Assembly: GCA_002501805.1 (NCBI GenBank) | Contig: DAOI01000004.1 | Coordinates: 1 to 60,388 of the forward strand | DNA length: 60,388 nt | Reading direction: 5' to 3' | Source: Euryarchaeota archaeon UBA463 | Lineage (GTDB): Archaea; Thermoplasmatota; Poseidoniia; Poseidoniales; Thalassarchaeaceae | In this document: positions 9,502 through 18,063 of the stretch, piece after piece | Numbering within the stretch: position 1 is the stretch's first letter | Layout: every line of letters begins with the position of its first letter | The notes under the pieces: model-generated | Seen by the model: the letters and a program-made list of their open reading frames with translations, nothing else | Database searches by the model: none | What the model was told of the DNA's origin: nothing | Made by a program: the position numbers and the translations under genes

Positions 9502-10158
9502 TTGGCTATGGAACAGGGCGTCAGGATGATAGCACTGGGGAATCCAGAGGGGAGCGACAAGGCCAGTCAGCTGATTGCAATAGCCTCTTCATTGGGCCTA
9601 AAGTCCTCTATCGTAACTTCGGATCCCGGTGAGAATTTTGAATCATTCAATCACGGCGCCATAGACTGGAAGGAGAAAATGGCCATGGCACATTGGGTAG
9701 TCAACTCGACGTCCATGGTGACCGCTGGGCCATCTCCGGCAATGGCTTGGTCCGCCTCTATGACTTTCGCAGAACTAGAGGGCTGTAGGAATGTGATGAT
9801 TGTCGATATGCCCTCTGACCCAGGGTCAATCTCTATGGTATGGGGGCAGGTCATAGAAAAGGTGAGGCAGATACACGTTCTCTTCTTCACAAGCGACTCG
9901 CTACATGCCATCTCCAAGCTTGAGGGGTTAGATGCCCCGGACTTCTTGTCAAGGGTTAGGGAGAAGACTCTGATCCCACTCGTATGCGGATACTCGGAGA
10001 GTGATGGTTGTACTAGAGTGGCCCATGCACTCGACAATATCCAGGCTCAATCGTCGGGTGAATCGGAAGGTCTGAGGTGGCTTGCAGGCTTCCTCAAGGC
10101 TCTCCCCCTATCTGGTGCGGGAATAGAGGGGATTAGGGCAGCCGCCTCATGGGAGTAA
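9502..10158 (+). CDS. hypothetical protein (faint, degenerate ribokinase/PfkB-like look)
   Basis: TTG start 24 nt after Pelota. There is only weak resemblance to a carbohydrate-kinase C-terminal half (VLFFTSDSLHAI...LIPLVCGYSESDG...LRWLAGFLKAL), and no DTxGAGD motif is present. The function call is not supported. Confidence 0.35.
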   Translation: MAMEQGVRMIALGNPEGSDKASQLIAIASSLGLKSSIVTSDPGENFESFNHGAIDWKEKMAMAHWVVNSTSMVTAGPSPAMAWSASMTFAELEGCRNVMIVDMPSDPGSISMVWGQVIEKVRQIHVLFFTSDSLHAISKLEGLDAPDFLSRVREKTLIPLVCGYSESDGCTRVAHALDNIQAQSSGESEGLRWLAGFLKALPLSGAGIEGIRAAASWE

Positions 10159-10244
10159 ATTGTTCCCAGACGCGCATTAGGCCCTATTATCAGAAACCCC
10201 TTTTGAAGGGGCATCCTTTCGGCCGGACCCGCGAGGGAACAAGT

Positions 10245-11342
10245 ATGCCACTCAAATTAGGTCCAGCAGGAGTTCCCCTCTCTTGCAAAGGGAGGACAAT
10301 CGTCGAAGGGATGGATGACATTACCGCATTGGGTTTGGAGGCAATGGAAATCCAGACTGTAAGGCCAGTCCAGCCCAAGCACTTCGACCAATACTGGCAG
10401 GCCGGCATTCTTTCTTGGGACTCTGGAATCGAAATGAACCTACACGGTCCTTACTATGCGGAACTTCTTGGAAAGAGAAGGGAGAGGAATCGGTCTCTGG
10501 CTAAGATGGAGGCATCGATGCAAGCTGGGAAGATAATCAATGCTAGGCATCTCGTGTACCACGTAGGGCCATACGGCGAGTATGACCCGGGAACCGGGGC
10601 CAATGAACAGGTCGCGAATATTTTCTCAGGCATTGTGGACAGGGTCCGAGAGATATGGGGCGAACAAGATGAGGATGCTTACACAGCGTTCCCATGGATT
10701 TCCGAACAAGAGCCATCACTAGTCGGGATAGAGACATCTGGTAGGCAGGAGCTTTGGGGCACTGTCGAAGAGGTTCTAGAAGTCTGTAATCACGTAGAAG
10801 GGACTGTCCCGGTCCTCAATATTGGACACATCCATGCCAGGGGTCACGGTTCCATGAGGACCAGTGAAGACTACGCCGAGCTTTTCGACATGGTCAGGGA
10901 GAACTACGGAGGTAGCAAGTTCTACTGTCACTTCGCGGGAATTGAGCACAGAATGGGAAATGCGCTTCACTACACCCAGATTAAGAAATCAGATCTCAAA
11001 TTCGAGCCGTTCGCTGAATTCCTGGCCGAAGAAGGGGATTGGATGGATATTACCATAATTTCAGACTCCCCCCTTCTTGAGCATGACGCGATGTACATGA
11101 TGCAACACTATGACAAAGCAAGACAGAGGCTCATGGAGATCAGGGCAAGGGACGAGAGAAGAATCAAGCTTGCTAAGGAGAGTGGACTGACTCCCGAAGA
11201 GCTAGAGCTTCTGGAGCAAGAGGCCGCTGATGCCAGAATGAGGGAGGAGAGCGAAGATTCGAAGCCCGCCAAGGCTACTGCCAAGGCACCATCCAAGATG
11301 ATGCCCTTTGATACCGCCGAAGACGATGACGATCTTTTCTAG
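10245..11342 (+). CDS. xylose-isomerase-like TIM barrel protein, endonuclease IV / AP endonuclease 2-like, with a long charged C-terminal tail
   Basis: The preferred start is ATG 10245 (GAGGG 7 nt upstream), inside track ORF 10149..11342. The His/Glu ladder is typical of EndoIV-like barrels: NLHGPYY, YHVGPYG, GIETSGRQELWGTVEE, IGHIHARGHG, CHFAGIEH. The last ~75 aa are a coiled, charged tail ending DDDDLF. Confidence 0.55.
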   Translation: MPLKLGPAGVPLSCKGRTIVEGMDDITALGLEAMEIQTVRPVQPKHFDQYWQAGILSWDSGIEMNLHGPYYAELLGKRRERNRSLAKMEASMQAGKIINARHLVYHVGPYGEYDPGTGANEQVANIFSGIVDRVREIWGEQDEDAYTAFPWISEQEPSLVGIETSGRQELWGTVEEVLEVCNHVEGTVPVLNIGHIHARGHGSMRTSEDYAELFDMVRENYGGSKFYCHFAGIEHRMGNALHYTQIKKSDLKFEPFAEFLAEEGDWMDITIISDSPLLEHDAMYMMQHYDKARQRLMEIRARDERRIKLAKESGLTPEELELLEQEAADARMREESEDSKPAKATAKAPSKMMPFDTAEDDDDLF

Positions 11343-12871
11343 AAAAGCTTCTGTTGCGTACTCGTAGAGCTCTCGGCCTTCCTCTTCATTGGCCTTCTCC
11401 GACTCCCATGGGTCTTCAGAACTTCCTTGCTGATCAGTCTGGCCTCCTCTCCTCCTCTGGCCGAGTAGCTCCTGCTAATCCCGGATTTCCTACTTTCGAC
11501 CTCATCGACTACTGGGGCGGGGTATGAATCTCCGATGACACACGATATCGATTCTTGGAGCTCCAATGGCATCTTCCACGGCTCATGAATAAATTTAGTC
11601 GGAACCATGGAAAGCTCTGGAACCCACTTCCTGATATAGCCCCCTCCGGGATCTTGATCTCTTCCCTGTTTCGTCATGGAGTATGCCCTGATTGTGTTAA
11701 TCCCAGTAGTCCCTGACTGCATGCCTATCTGTGACCAGTGTATCCCTGGCTCATAGTCGATAAACTGCCTAGCTAGGTACGATCCAGTCTCTCTCCAGGG
11801 TAGCCATAAGTTGTATGAAGCCGCCGACATCATCATCGCTCTCATTCTGAAGTTTATCCAACCTGTGGAACTCAATTGCCTCATGCAGGCATCCAAGAAA
11901 GGCCACCCAGTCTTTCCAGACTTCCACCTGGTAAACTTCTCAATATTCATTTCCCTGCTCATGTTACGGTCTATAACGGGATTTTGTGCTACCATGTCCA
12001 GATCTGATTTCATCTCCATTTTTTGGATGAAGTGACATCTCCATGCTAACCTCCTCCTAAATGACGAGAGGCTTTTGATCCAGTCTCCATGCCCCTCAAC
12101 TTGGGATTTATTCTTCCTGATCCAATCTATTCTCAAATTAGTTTTCTGGACAGCCCTTCTCATTGAGAGGGAGCCGGAGGAGAAGTACGGGGACAAACCG
12201 GAGCCATGCTTGATGGAGAGAACAGGACTTGAGATGGCCCACCTGTATTCCTTGCCATCTCTCTCTAGGAATGAGTCTAGCCTGTCAATCGCTGCTCTTT
12301 CCCCGGGCTCAGGCCTGTACGATAACTCTCTAGGAGTGAAGCCAATATCCTCCAATTCCGGCACTGTCCCATCAAAGGGAATGCCCTCCTTGAATATTGG
12401 AGGAGAACTCAAGGAATCACGCATTCTCTTATCCCTCTCTCTCTTCCAGCCGTCTCTATTCACCAGTCTCCTAACGACCCCGTTGTTGGGATATTCGATC
12501 CACTTAATCCCCTTCGATTTACAAAAATTAGACACACTGATATCCCTCGAATACGACCATGAGTTTCCAGTTTCCTCATGCGAGAGAAGCCTCTCAATAC
12601 CATGCTCCAAATGTATTGCCTCCAGTACTTCCGTGGCATCGCCCAAACCGTAGTGCAAGGATGCCCCTGAGTCATTGAGAGTTCTGGATAGGTCAGCAGC
12701 ACAATCAAGCTCCCACTGGATGTGAATAGGGTCCGTGTCATCCTGCTCAAGCCTCTCGGTTTCTAGGATGTACAAGCAGATCACAGGTCTTCCGGAAAGT
12801 GAGGCGCTGAGTAAGGGGACATGGTCCCTCGCCCGCAAGTCTCTCTTGAACCAGACTACGTCCACGGGCAT
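11339..12871 (-). CDS. cryptochrome/photolyase family (CPF) protein, class unresolved
   Basis: VVWFKRDLRARDHVPL is a photolyase N-terminal domain. The FAD-domain motifs are GLSPYFSSGSLS, LAWRCHFIQKME, GWINFRMRAMMMS and DYEPGIHWSQIGMQSGTTG. The C-terminal tail is basic (SRRRPMKRKAESS). Confidence 0.8.
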   Translation of the reverse strand: MPVDVVWFKRDLRARDHVPLLSASLSGRPVICLYILETERLEQDDTDPIHIQWELDCAADLSRTLNDSGASLHYGLGDATEVLEAIHLEHGIERLLSHEETGNSWSYSRDISVSNFCKSKGIKWIEYPNNGVVRRLVNRDGWKRERDKRMRDSLSSPPIFKEGIPFDGTVPELEDIGFTPRELSYRPEPGERAAIDRLDSFLERDGKEYRWAISSPVLSIKHGSGLSPYFSSGSLSMRRAVQKTNLRIDWIRKNKSQVEGHGDWIKSLSSFRRRLAWRCHFIQKMEMKSDLDMVAQNPVIDRNMSREMNIEKFTRWKSGKTGWPFLDACMRQLSSTGWINFRMRAMMMSAASYNLWLPWRETGSYLARQFIDYEPGIHWSQIGMQSGTTGINTIRAYSMTKQGRDQDPGGGYIRKWVPELSMVPTKFIHEPWKMPLELQESISCVIGDSYPAPVVDEVESRKSGISRSYSARGGEEARLISKEVLKTHGSRRRPMKRKAESSTSTQQKLF

Positions 12872-12894
12872 ACACGTACAATAGATAGTACAAG

Positions 12895-12900
12895 TATAAA
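12895..12900 (-). promoter_or_regulatory. candidate TATA box (TTTATA on the minus strand) for the CPF gene; implies a leaderless or near-leaderless mRNA
   Basis: It lies in the 61-nt A/T-rich spacer between the two photolyase genes. The box centre is ~26 nt upstream of ATG 12871, and there is no SD in between. Confidence 0.35.
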
Positions 12901-12932
12901 TCCCAGTTTCAAATCAATTTGTATTGAAAAAA

Positions 12933-14483
12933 TCATGTTTGAATACTGGACTTGAATCGAATAAGGTTCTCCTTCCTACTGAGTTTTCTATCTACAATCG
13001 GGAGGGGGTAGTCTTCCCCAATGATACAGTTCGATGTTCTTTGAACAGAAGCCGGGGCTAAGTGCGGTTCGAAAATATATTTTGATGGAAAGGACCGAAG
13101 CTCTGGGACCCAGTATCTGATGAAATCTGCGTTCACAGTCTCTACGTTCAGACTGGACTTGGAATCGGGACACGGGTTGTATATCCGATAATACGGCATG
13201 GAGAAAGGGGCCACTCCCGCAAGCCATAGCCAATTTCCATTGTTCAACGCCCAGTCGCTGTCGAGAAGCTTCCTTTCGAACACGTCCCTTCCATGAGTCC
13301 AGTTCTGCCACAACTGCCCTCTGGTCAGGAAGCATGATACTGCATGTCTGCCTAGGTGATGCATCCATCCGGTCTTATCCAGTTGCCTCATCATAGCGTC
13401 AATGTACGGGTACCCGGTATTCCCTGTCTCCCATGCTGTGATCTTCTCTCTATCGAATTCATCCCATTCCACTTCAATGCAGCTCTCATTTCCAACGTCA
13501 CTATCCCAGTTCTCCACAGTTCTAGAAAGTAGGTAGAACATCTCTCTGAACATCATCTGCCCGTGTAATGACTCAGGAGGCTTTGTGTGACTACCAGTCA
13601 GATAGGATTTCTCACATTCCCTCCACAGCATTCTGGCAGACAGGCATCCACTACTAAGGTAGGGGGAAAGTCCAGTCGTACTGGGCTCTCTAGGATCATC
13701 TTTTGAATTTGTAGATACAGTTTTTGGTTTCCTGAAATCATTGACAAATTGTACTCTATCCGTGACTTTTTCCCTGAGTCTTTCCAATGCTTCTGTCTCT
13801 CCTCCAGTGAAGTATTGGACGTCATCCTCCCTGCCCGGATAAATCCTCATGATGGAACTTTCCAAATCAGATATTTCCATGACACTTCCTGATAAGTTGA
13901 CAGTATTCATCGATTTTGAGCTATTTGGAACTGGTAGAGGGTCTCCCACGTCATAGAACCCCAGTGAGTTTACATCGAGGTGCCTTCTGAAGATTATTTC
14001 CATGTCCTTCATCGATTTGGGCTTCTTGAACTCCTTGGATCCTACGACCTCTTCAATGTCCAAGAGCGTGTGTCTGGCAGGGAATGACTTAGTCCTGAAA
14101 TCATCAGAAATCCTCGACCAATCCTCCAGGGTAACTTCAGAATTCCTGAGTCTGGGCTCCGAGCAGTACTCGTATGCCAAGCATATTTTCTCTCCTTCTA
14201 GGTGCTGCCGGATATTTCCCAATACTTCCAGATAATTTCCAGAGAATATCCTCAGGCGTAGTCCGAGATTATCACTGAGTCTGTTGTCAAGATCTCTGAG
14301 GGATTGACTGATGAAATTCAATCTGTTAAATCCTAGGCCTCCTCCTTCCCCTCTGAGCTCTTCTTCGTCAAAGATGAAAATTGGCAGTATACTGTCGACT
14401 TCATCAGAACTACAGGCCCAGGTCAGTGCCCCATTATCGTGGAGTCTGAGGGATTTCCTAAACCATAGGACTGCGACAGTCAT
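12933..14483 (-). CDS. (6-4) photolyase / animal-cryptochrome-type CPF protein
   Basis: VLWFRKSLRLHDNGAL is the N-terminal domain. GWMHHLGRHAVSCFLTRGQLWQNWTHGRDVFERKLLDSDWALNNGNWLWLAG closely follows the eukaryotic (6-4)/animal Cry signature, including both His of the HHLxRH motif. YYRIYNP and WVPEL are also present. Confidence 0.8.
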   Translation of the reverse strand: MTVAVLWFRKSLRLHDNGALTWACSSDEVDSILPIFIFDEEELRGEGGGLGFNRLNFISQSLRDLDNRLSDNLGLRLRIFSGNYLEVLGNIRQHLEGEKICLAYEYCSEPRLRNSEVTLEDWSRISDDFRTKSFPARHTLLDIEEVVGSKEFKKPKSMKDMEIIFRRHLDVNSLGFYDVGDPLPVPNSSKSMNTVNLSGSVMEISDLESSIMRIYPGREDDVQYFTGGETEALERLREKVTDRVQFVNDFRKPKTVSTNSKDDPREPSTTGLSPYLSSGCLSARMLWRECEKSYLTGSHTKPPESLHGQMMFREMFYLLSRTVENWDSDVGNESCIEVEWDEFDREKITAWETGNTGYPYIDAMMRQLDKTGWMHHLGRHAVSCFLTRGQLWQNWTHGRDVFERKLLDSDWALNNGNWLWLAGVAPFSMPYYRIYNPCPDSKSSLNVETVNADFIRYWVPELRSFPSKYIFEPHLAPASVQRTSNCIIGEDYPLPIVDRKLSRKENLIRFKSSIQT

Positions 14484-14505
14484 GGACTTTAGACCAAATT
14501 TACGC

Positions 14506-14511
14506 TTTTAT
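14506..14511 (-). promoter_or_regulatory. candidate TATA box (ATAAAA on the minus strand) for the (6-4)-type photolyase gene
   Basis: The box centre is ~25 nt upstream of ATG 14483, with no SD between them. The same T/A run reads TTTTAT on the + strand, ~90 nt upstream of tRNA-Phe. Confidence 0.3.
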
Positions 14512-14600
14512 GCTATTGTTTACGAGAAAATACTGGAGCAGATGCAAACTCCCGGTCCTAGGAAGACTTGAAGCCATGACCATTGTGGCAAGGTCGCTAC

Positions 14601-14676
14601 GGGACTGTAGCTCAGCTGGGAGAGCGCCGCACTGAAGATGCGGAGGCCGCTGGTTCAAGTCCGGCCAGTCCCACCA
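14601..14676 (+). tRNA. tRNA-Phe (anticodon GAA), CCA encoded
   Basis: Hand-folded cloverleaf: acceptor GGGACTG/CAGTCCC, D arm GCTC-AGCTGGGA-GAGC, anticodon stem CCGCA/TGCGG with loop CTGAAGA, T arm GCTGG-TTCAAGT-CCGGC, discriminator A, then CCA. No intron. Confidence 0.9.
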
Positions 14677-14700
14677 TTATTCTCGTCGGTATGGACTATG

Positions 14701-15558
14701 TCAGTTCCCACTTAATGTATCGACCTGTATCTTGTGGAGTCTCTCCAGTCCGACTTCCGCCATATCCATCAGAGAGTCAAACTGCTCGCGAGAGTATGTT
14801 GATTCCTCTCCAGTTCCCTGTACCTCGACTAGCATCCCGTCGCTAGTTCCGACAACGTTCATGTCCACGTCTGCGTTACTGTCCAGGACATAATCCAGAT
14901 CGAGATAGACTTCCCCATCTATGAGTCCGACACTGATTGCGGACACGTCGTTAGGCATTACCAGATCCTCATGAGCGCGCATCTCCTCCTCAGACAGCTT
15001 AGGGGCAGTCCACCCGTTGGAGATATCATCCCTGGACGGACGAAGCTCCTTCGGAAGGCATTCTCCCGACTCTATGAGGCGACGAACAGCGAGCCTCAGC
15101 CCCATGCACGCCGCAGTAATTGACGCGCACCTCGTTCCCCCATCTGCATTCAAAATGTCGCAGTCAACAGTTAGCGCTACAGGGCCAAGAGCCTCTAGAT
15201 CTACAGCCCCTCTGAGGGATCTGGCTATCAGTCTTTCAATCTCCATAGTCCTCCCCTTGGCACCATTCCTCTCTCTCCTGAATCTGGAATCTGTCGAGCC
15301 GGGAAGTAGGGAATACTCGGCATGAACCCACCCTCTGTCAGAGTTCTTTGGAAACCACCGTGGAAGCGAGGGGGCCTTGGTCACGCAAATCAAGACGATA
15401 GTATCGCCCTGCTTGTACAGTAGTGAGGACAGGGCATTGGGCGTGAAGTCCAAAGTAACATCCATTTCACGCAATTCATCATTCCCTCTGTCGCTGGAAA
15501 TATCTCCAGACTTCATCTTCGCCATGGCCCTCCGAGTGGCCATCACATGTTCAATCAT
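14701..15558 (-). CDS. rph: ribonuclease PH, bacterial type, with an internal insertion
   Basis: GWVHAEYSLLPGSTDSRFRRE, GRTMEIERLIARSLRGAVDLEALG, VDCDILNADGGTRCASITAA and VEVQGTGE are present. An extra ~35 aa (ESGECLPKELRPSRDDISNGWTAPKLSEEEMRAHED) sits before the AISVG segment. The start overlaps the upstream gene's stop (ATGA). Confidence 0.8.
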   Translation of the reverse strand: MIEHVMATRRAMAKMKSGDISSDRGNDELREMDVTLDFTPNALSSLLYKQGDTIVLICVTKAPSLPRWFPKNSDRGWVHAEYSLLPGSTDSRFRRERNGAKGRTMEIERLIARSLRGAVDLEALGPVALTVDCDILNADGGTRCASITAACMGLRLAVRRLIESGECLPKELRPSRDDISNGWTAPKLSEEEMRAHEDLVMPNDVSAISVGLIDGEVYLDLDYVLDSNADVDMNVVGTSDGMLVEVQGTGEESTYSREQFDSLMDMAEVGLERLHKIQVDTLSGN

Positions 15559-16106
15559 TCGCGTCTTGCATGAGCCGGACGGAATGACTCTATAACATGC
15601 GAATCTGTGGTGATGTATGGGCCACCAATCAGATCCACGCAGTATGGCACTGCCGAGAAAACGGCATCCAAGATTTCCCTTATCGACTTAGGTGACCCGG
15701 GTAGATTAATTATCAGAGACTCTCCTCTAATTCCAGCGACCTGCCTGGATAAAATCGCTGTAGGCACGTAATTCAGCGAAACAGAACGCATCTTCTCTGC
15801 AAATCCAGGAAGCATCTTGTCACAGACGCTGGCGGTCGCCTCAGGAGTCACATCTCTTGGGGAGGGGCCAGTCCCGCCTGTCGTAACGACCACCGAGCAA
15901 CACTTGTTATCGACCATATCAATCAACGAGGAGGCTATCTCATGCTCTTCATCGGGAACTATGACTCTCTCTACCTCCCAAGGAGATGTAAGAGCCTCTT
16001 CTAGGAACCCTTCGATGGCCGGACCACTCAAGTCTTCGTACTCACCCGAGCTAGCCCTGTCTGATGCGGTCAGAATTCCAAATCTGCAAAACTCGCCTAC
16101 GCCCAC
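15555..16106 (-). CDS. molybdenum cofactor biosynthesis protein, MogA/MoaB family
   Basis: FGILTASDRAS and VVVTTGGTGPSPRDVTPEA are the family signatures. The ~180 aa length fits. Confidence 0.8.
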   Translation of the reverse strand: MGVGEFCRFGILTASDRASSGEYEDLSGPAIEGFLEEALTSPWEVERVIVPDEEHEIASSLIDMVDNKCCSVVVTTGGTGPSPRDVTPEATASVCDKMLPGFAEKMRSVSLNYVPTAILSRQVAGIRGESLIINLPGSPKSIREILDAVFSAVPYCVDLIGGPYITTDSHVIESFRPAHARRE

Positions 16107-16338
16107 GGTCGGGAGAGGGGGTCATTCCGATTAATCACGTCGGTTTCAGACTCACTCCCAATGAACACCTTCATGTACCGCCGATGAAAACCTGCATAAC
16201 CTGAGGTGATGAAGTGCTGAGTCTTCCCCAAACCGCACGTTGCAGTATCACCCTTGAATCACTGCCAGTTGTCGAGATATCGGAAATTGTGAATTCGGGC
16301 CAGTTAGACTCAGCCTTCCTCATGTAGGAGGCAGAGAA

Positions 16339-18063
16339 ATGACGGTTGAAGGAAAGTATGCGAACCTAGTAGCTACGGTGAAGCAAGAATGTAAGGACGC
16401 TGACGAGAACGAGATTATTGAGGAATTCAGGAGATATGAGGAGGAGTTTCTGATCCCTCCTGAAGACGCCCTAAGATCTGTCATTAGGAAGTTCCAAGCC
16501 GCCGCTGGAATCGAAGTAACTGGTTCGCCTTCCTCTAGGTCCTCATCTCCAGAAATCAAGAAAGTCGACCGATTCTCAGAGCTTGGTTCAGAGGACAGGA
16601 ACGTTACGGTTGAAGTTGCAGTGGTCTCTTACACTCCAAGAATGCAGAAAATGAAGAATGGAGAAGAGAGACAGATTGCTTTCGGATGGATAGAAGATAA
16701 TCCATGGGAGTCAGGGGATAAGAGGGAGCGATGGGATTACAAAGACTGGGGGGGACATAGCCAGAATCTAGCTCCCGGTTCGGTAGTAAGACTAGAAGGC
16801 GTATCTGTAAACGAGTGGAACGACAAGAAATCAATCAATATCAATAGGACATCCAGAATTTCAGTCTTGAGGGAGGGCGGTCAAGCCAATGTACAACCAT
16901 CCGACGAACCAATCAGTATCGAGAAGGCGTCCCAGTCAGAGGGCTTCGTCAGTATAGTCGCCAGAGTCCTATCTACCAAGAAGGACGTTATCGTGAAGAG
17001 AGATGGATCCGGGCAACTAAATGTCGTCAGGGGCCGATTGGCCGATTCTACCGGTAGTATCGGAATGCTATCTTGGTCTGATTTCGATCATGAGCCGGGC
17101 ACGTTACTCAAGATTGAGGGGGCATCCATTAGAAGATTCAGAGATACGCCCGAGGTGAATATAAGCGACTCATCTAGGGTGGAGGTATTCCATGACAACT
17201 CCTTTGCTAGTTTGGAGGATTTGGGACCAACCACTAGGAGTAACATATCGGGTCTGAGAAATGGCATGAGGGATGTTGAGATCACACTTCAGGTAGAATC
17301 ATGGTACCAGAGAACGTTCACCTCCAAAGATGGTTCAGAGAGAGTCGTCAGGAGTGGCGATGTTATGGATCCAACTGGGAGGTGCAGGCTGACAGCTTGG
17401 TGCGACTTCGATCCTAAGCCAGGAGATTTCATCCATCTGACTGAGGCAAGAGTTCAGTCATGGCAGGGCTCCCCAGACCTCGTCATAGACGAAATCACTC
17501 AGGCAACGAGCTTGGAGAGCCCCACTTGGGACAAGATAGACCCTGAAGATCACTGGGTAGATGTGGGACTCACCGAACTAGTAGAGGGAGGGACCAGAAG
17601 AGGGGTCAGAACCAACGGGACAATAGTCCTAGTAACCGGGGACTCCGGAATAATTGAGAGGTGCCCGGTCCAATTACCAGACAGGAATAGAAAGTGCAGG
17701 AAGAGGCTTAGAGACGGAAATTGCGTAGATTGCGGACCTCAGAGAGGGGATGAGGATTTACGAATCAGGATGGTTCTTGATGATGGAGTTTCCAATGTAT
17801 CTCTTCTGCTCTCCAAGGACCCAGCAGAGAAGTTCCTGGGAATGACTCAAGAGGAGGTAGCAGAAACAATCTCCAAAGAAGGCCAAGAGGCATTTCTCAT
17901 GTCAGTAAGGGAGAAGTCACTGGGAAGGGGGGTATCAGTCAATGGACTCGCCCTAATCGATGACCAAGGAGCGATGCTTCTCGCGGATAGTGTGCAAGAT
18001 GACGGATTGGATGCTTCTAAAGCAGCTGAGATGGTCATCCAAAAGTGGGAGGTGGCAATGTGA
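16339..18063 (+). CDS. rpa: replication protein A (ssDNA-binding), multi-OB-fold with a zinc finger
   Basis: The N-terminal helical domain (EEFRRYEEEFLIPPEDALRSVIRKF) is followed by repeated OB-like blocks and a CPVQLPDRNRKCRKRLRDGNCVDCG Cys4 finger. The next gene is a COG3390 partner. Confidence 0.75.
   Translation: MTVEGKYANLVATVKQECKDADENEIIEEFRRYEEEFLIPPEDALRSVIRKFQAAAGIEVTGSPSSRSSSPEIKKVDRFSELGSEDRNVTVEVAVVSYTPRMQKMKNGEERQIAFGWIEDNPWESGDKRERWDYKDWGGHSQNLAPGSVVRLEGVSVNEWNDKKSININRTSRISVLREGGQANVQPSDEPISIEKASQSEGFVSIVARVLSTKKDVIVKRDGSGQLNVVRGRLADSTGSIGMLSWSDFDHEPGTLLKIEGASIRRFRDTPEVNISDSSRVEVFHDNSFASLEDLGPTTRSNISGLRNGMRDVEITLQVESWYQRTFTSKDGSERVVRSGDVMDPTGRCRLTAWCDFDPKPGDFIHLTEARVQSWQGSPDLVIDEITQATSLESPTWDKIDPEDHWVDVGLTELVEGGTRRGVRTNGTIVLVTGDSGIIERCPVQLPDRNRKCRKRLRDGNCVDCGPQRGDEDLRIRMVLDDGVSNVSLLLSKDPAEKFLGMTQEEVAETISKEGQEAFLMSVREKSLGRGVSVNGLALIDDQGAMLLADSVQDDGLDASKAAEMVIQKWEVAM

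Noticed and set aside
9502-10158. Possible small ribokinase/PfkB-like sugar kinase after Pelota
   Set aside because: The protein has only about two-thirds of the family's length and lacks the DTxGAGD and N-terminal GG motifs. The resemblance is too weak to call, so it is left as hypothetical.
14484-14700. tRNA-Phe as a possible integration site for a mobile element or island
   Set aside because: Neither flank encodes an integrase, a recombinase or phage or plasmid genes. The neighbours are a photolyase and rph. I did not see a direct repeat of the tRNA 3' half elsewhere in the window.
16107-16338. Longest clear intergenic region (232 nt, divergent mogA-like/rpa); checked for a tRNA, a C/D-box sRNA, origin-like repeats and small ORFs
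   Set aside because: There is no cloverleaf or T-loop consensus. A GTGATGA (C-box-like) is followed by CTGA after only 4 nt, too short for a guide, and there is no matching C'/D pair. The region is not A/T-rich and has no repeated ORB-like elements; only a 7-nt AGACTCA recurs. Small ORFs are 8 codons or fewer. It is most simply two promoters plus leaders.
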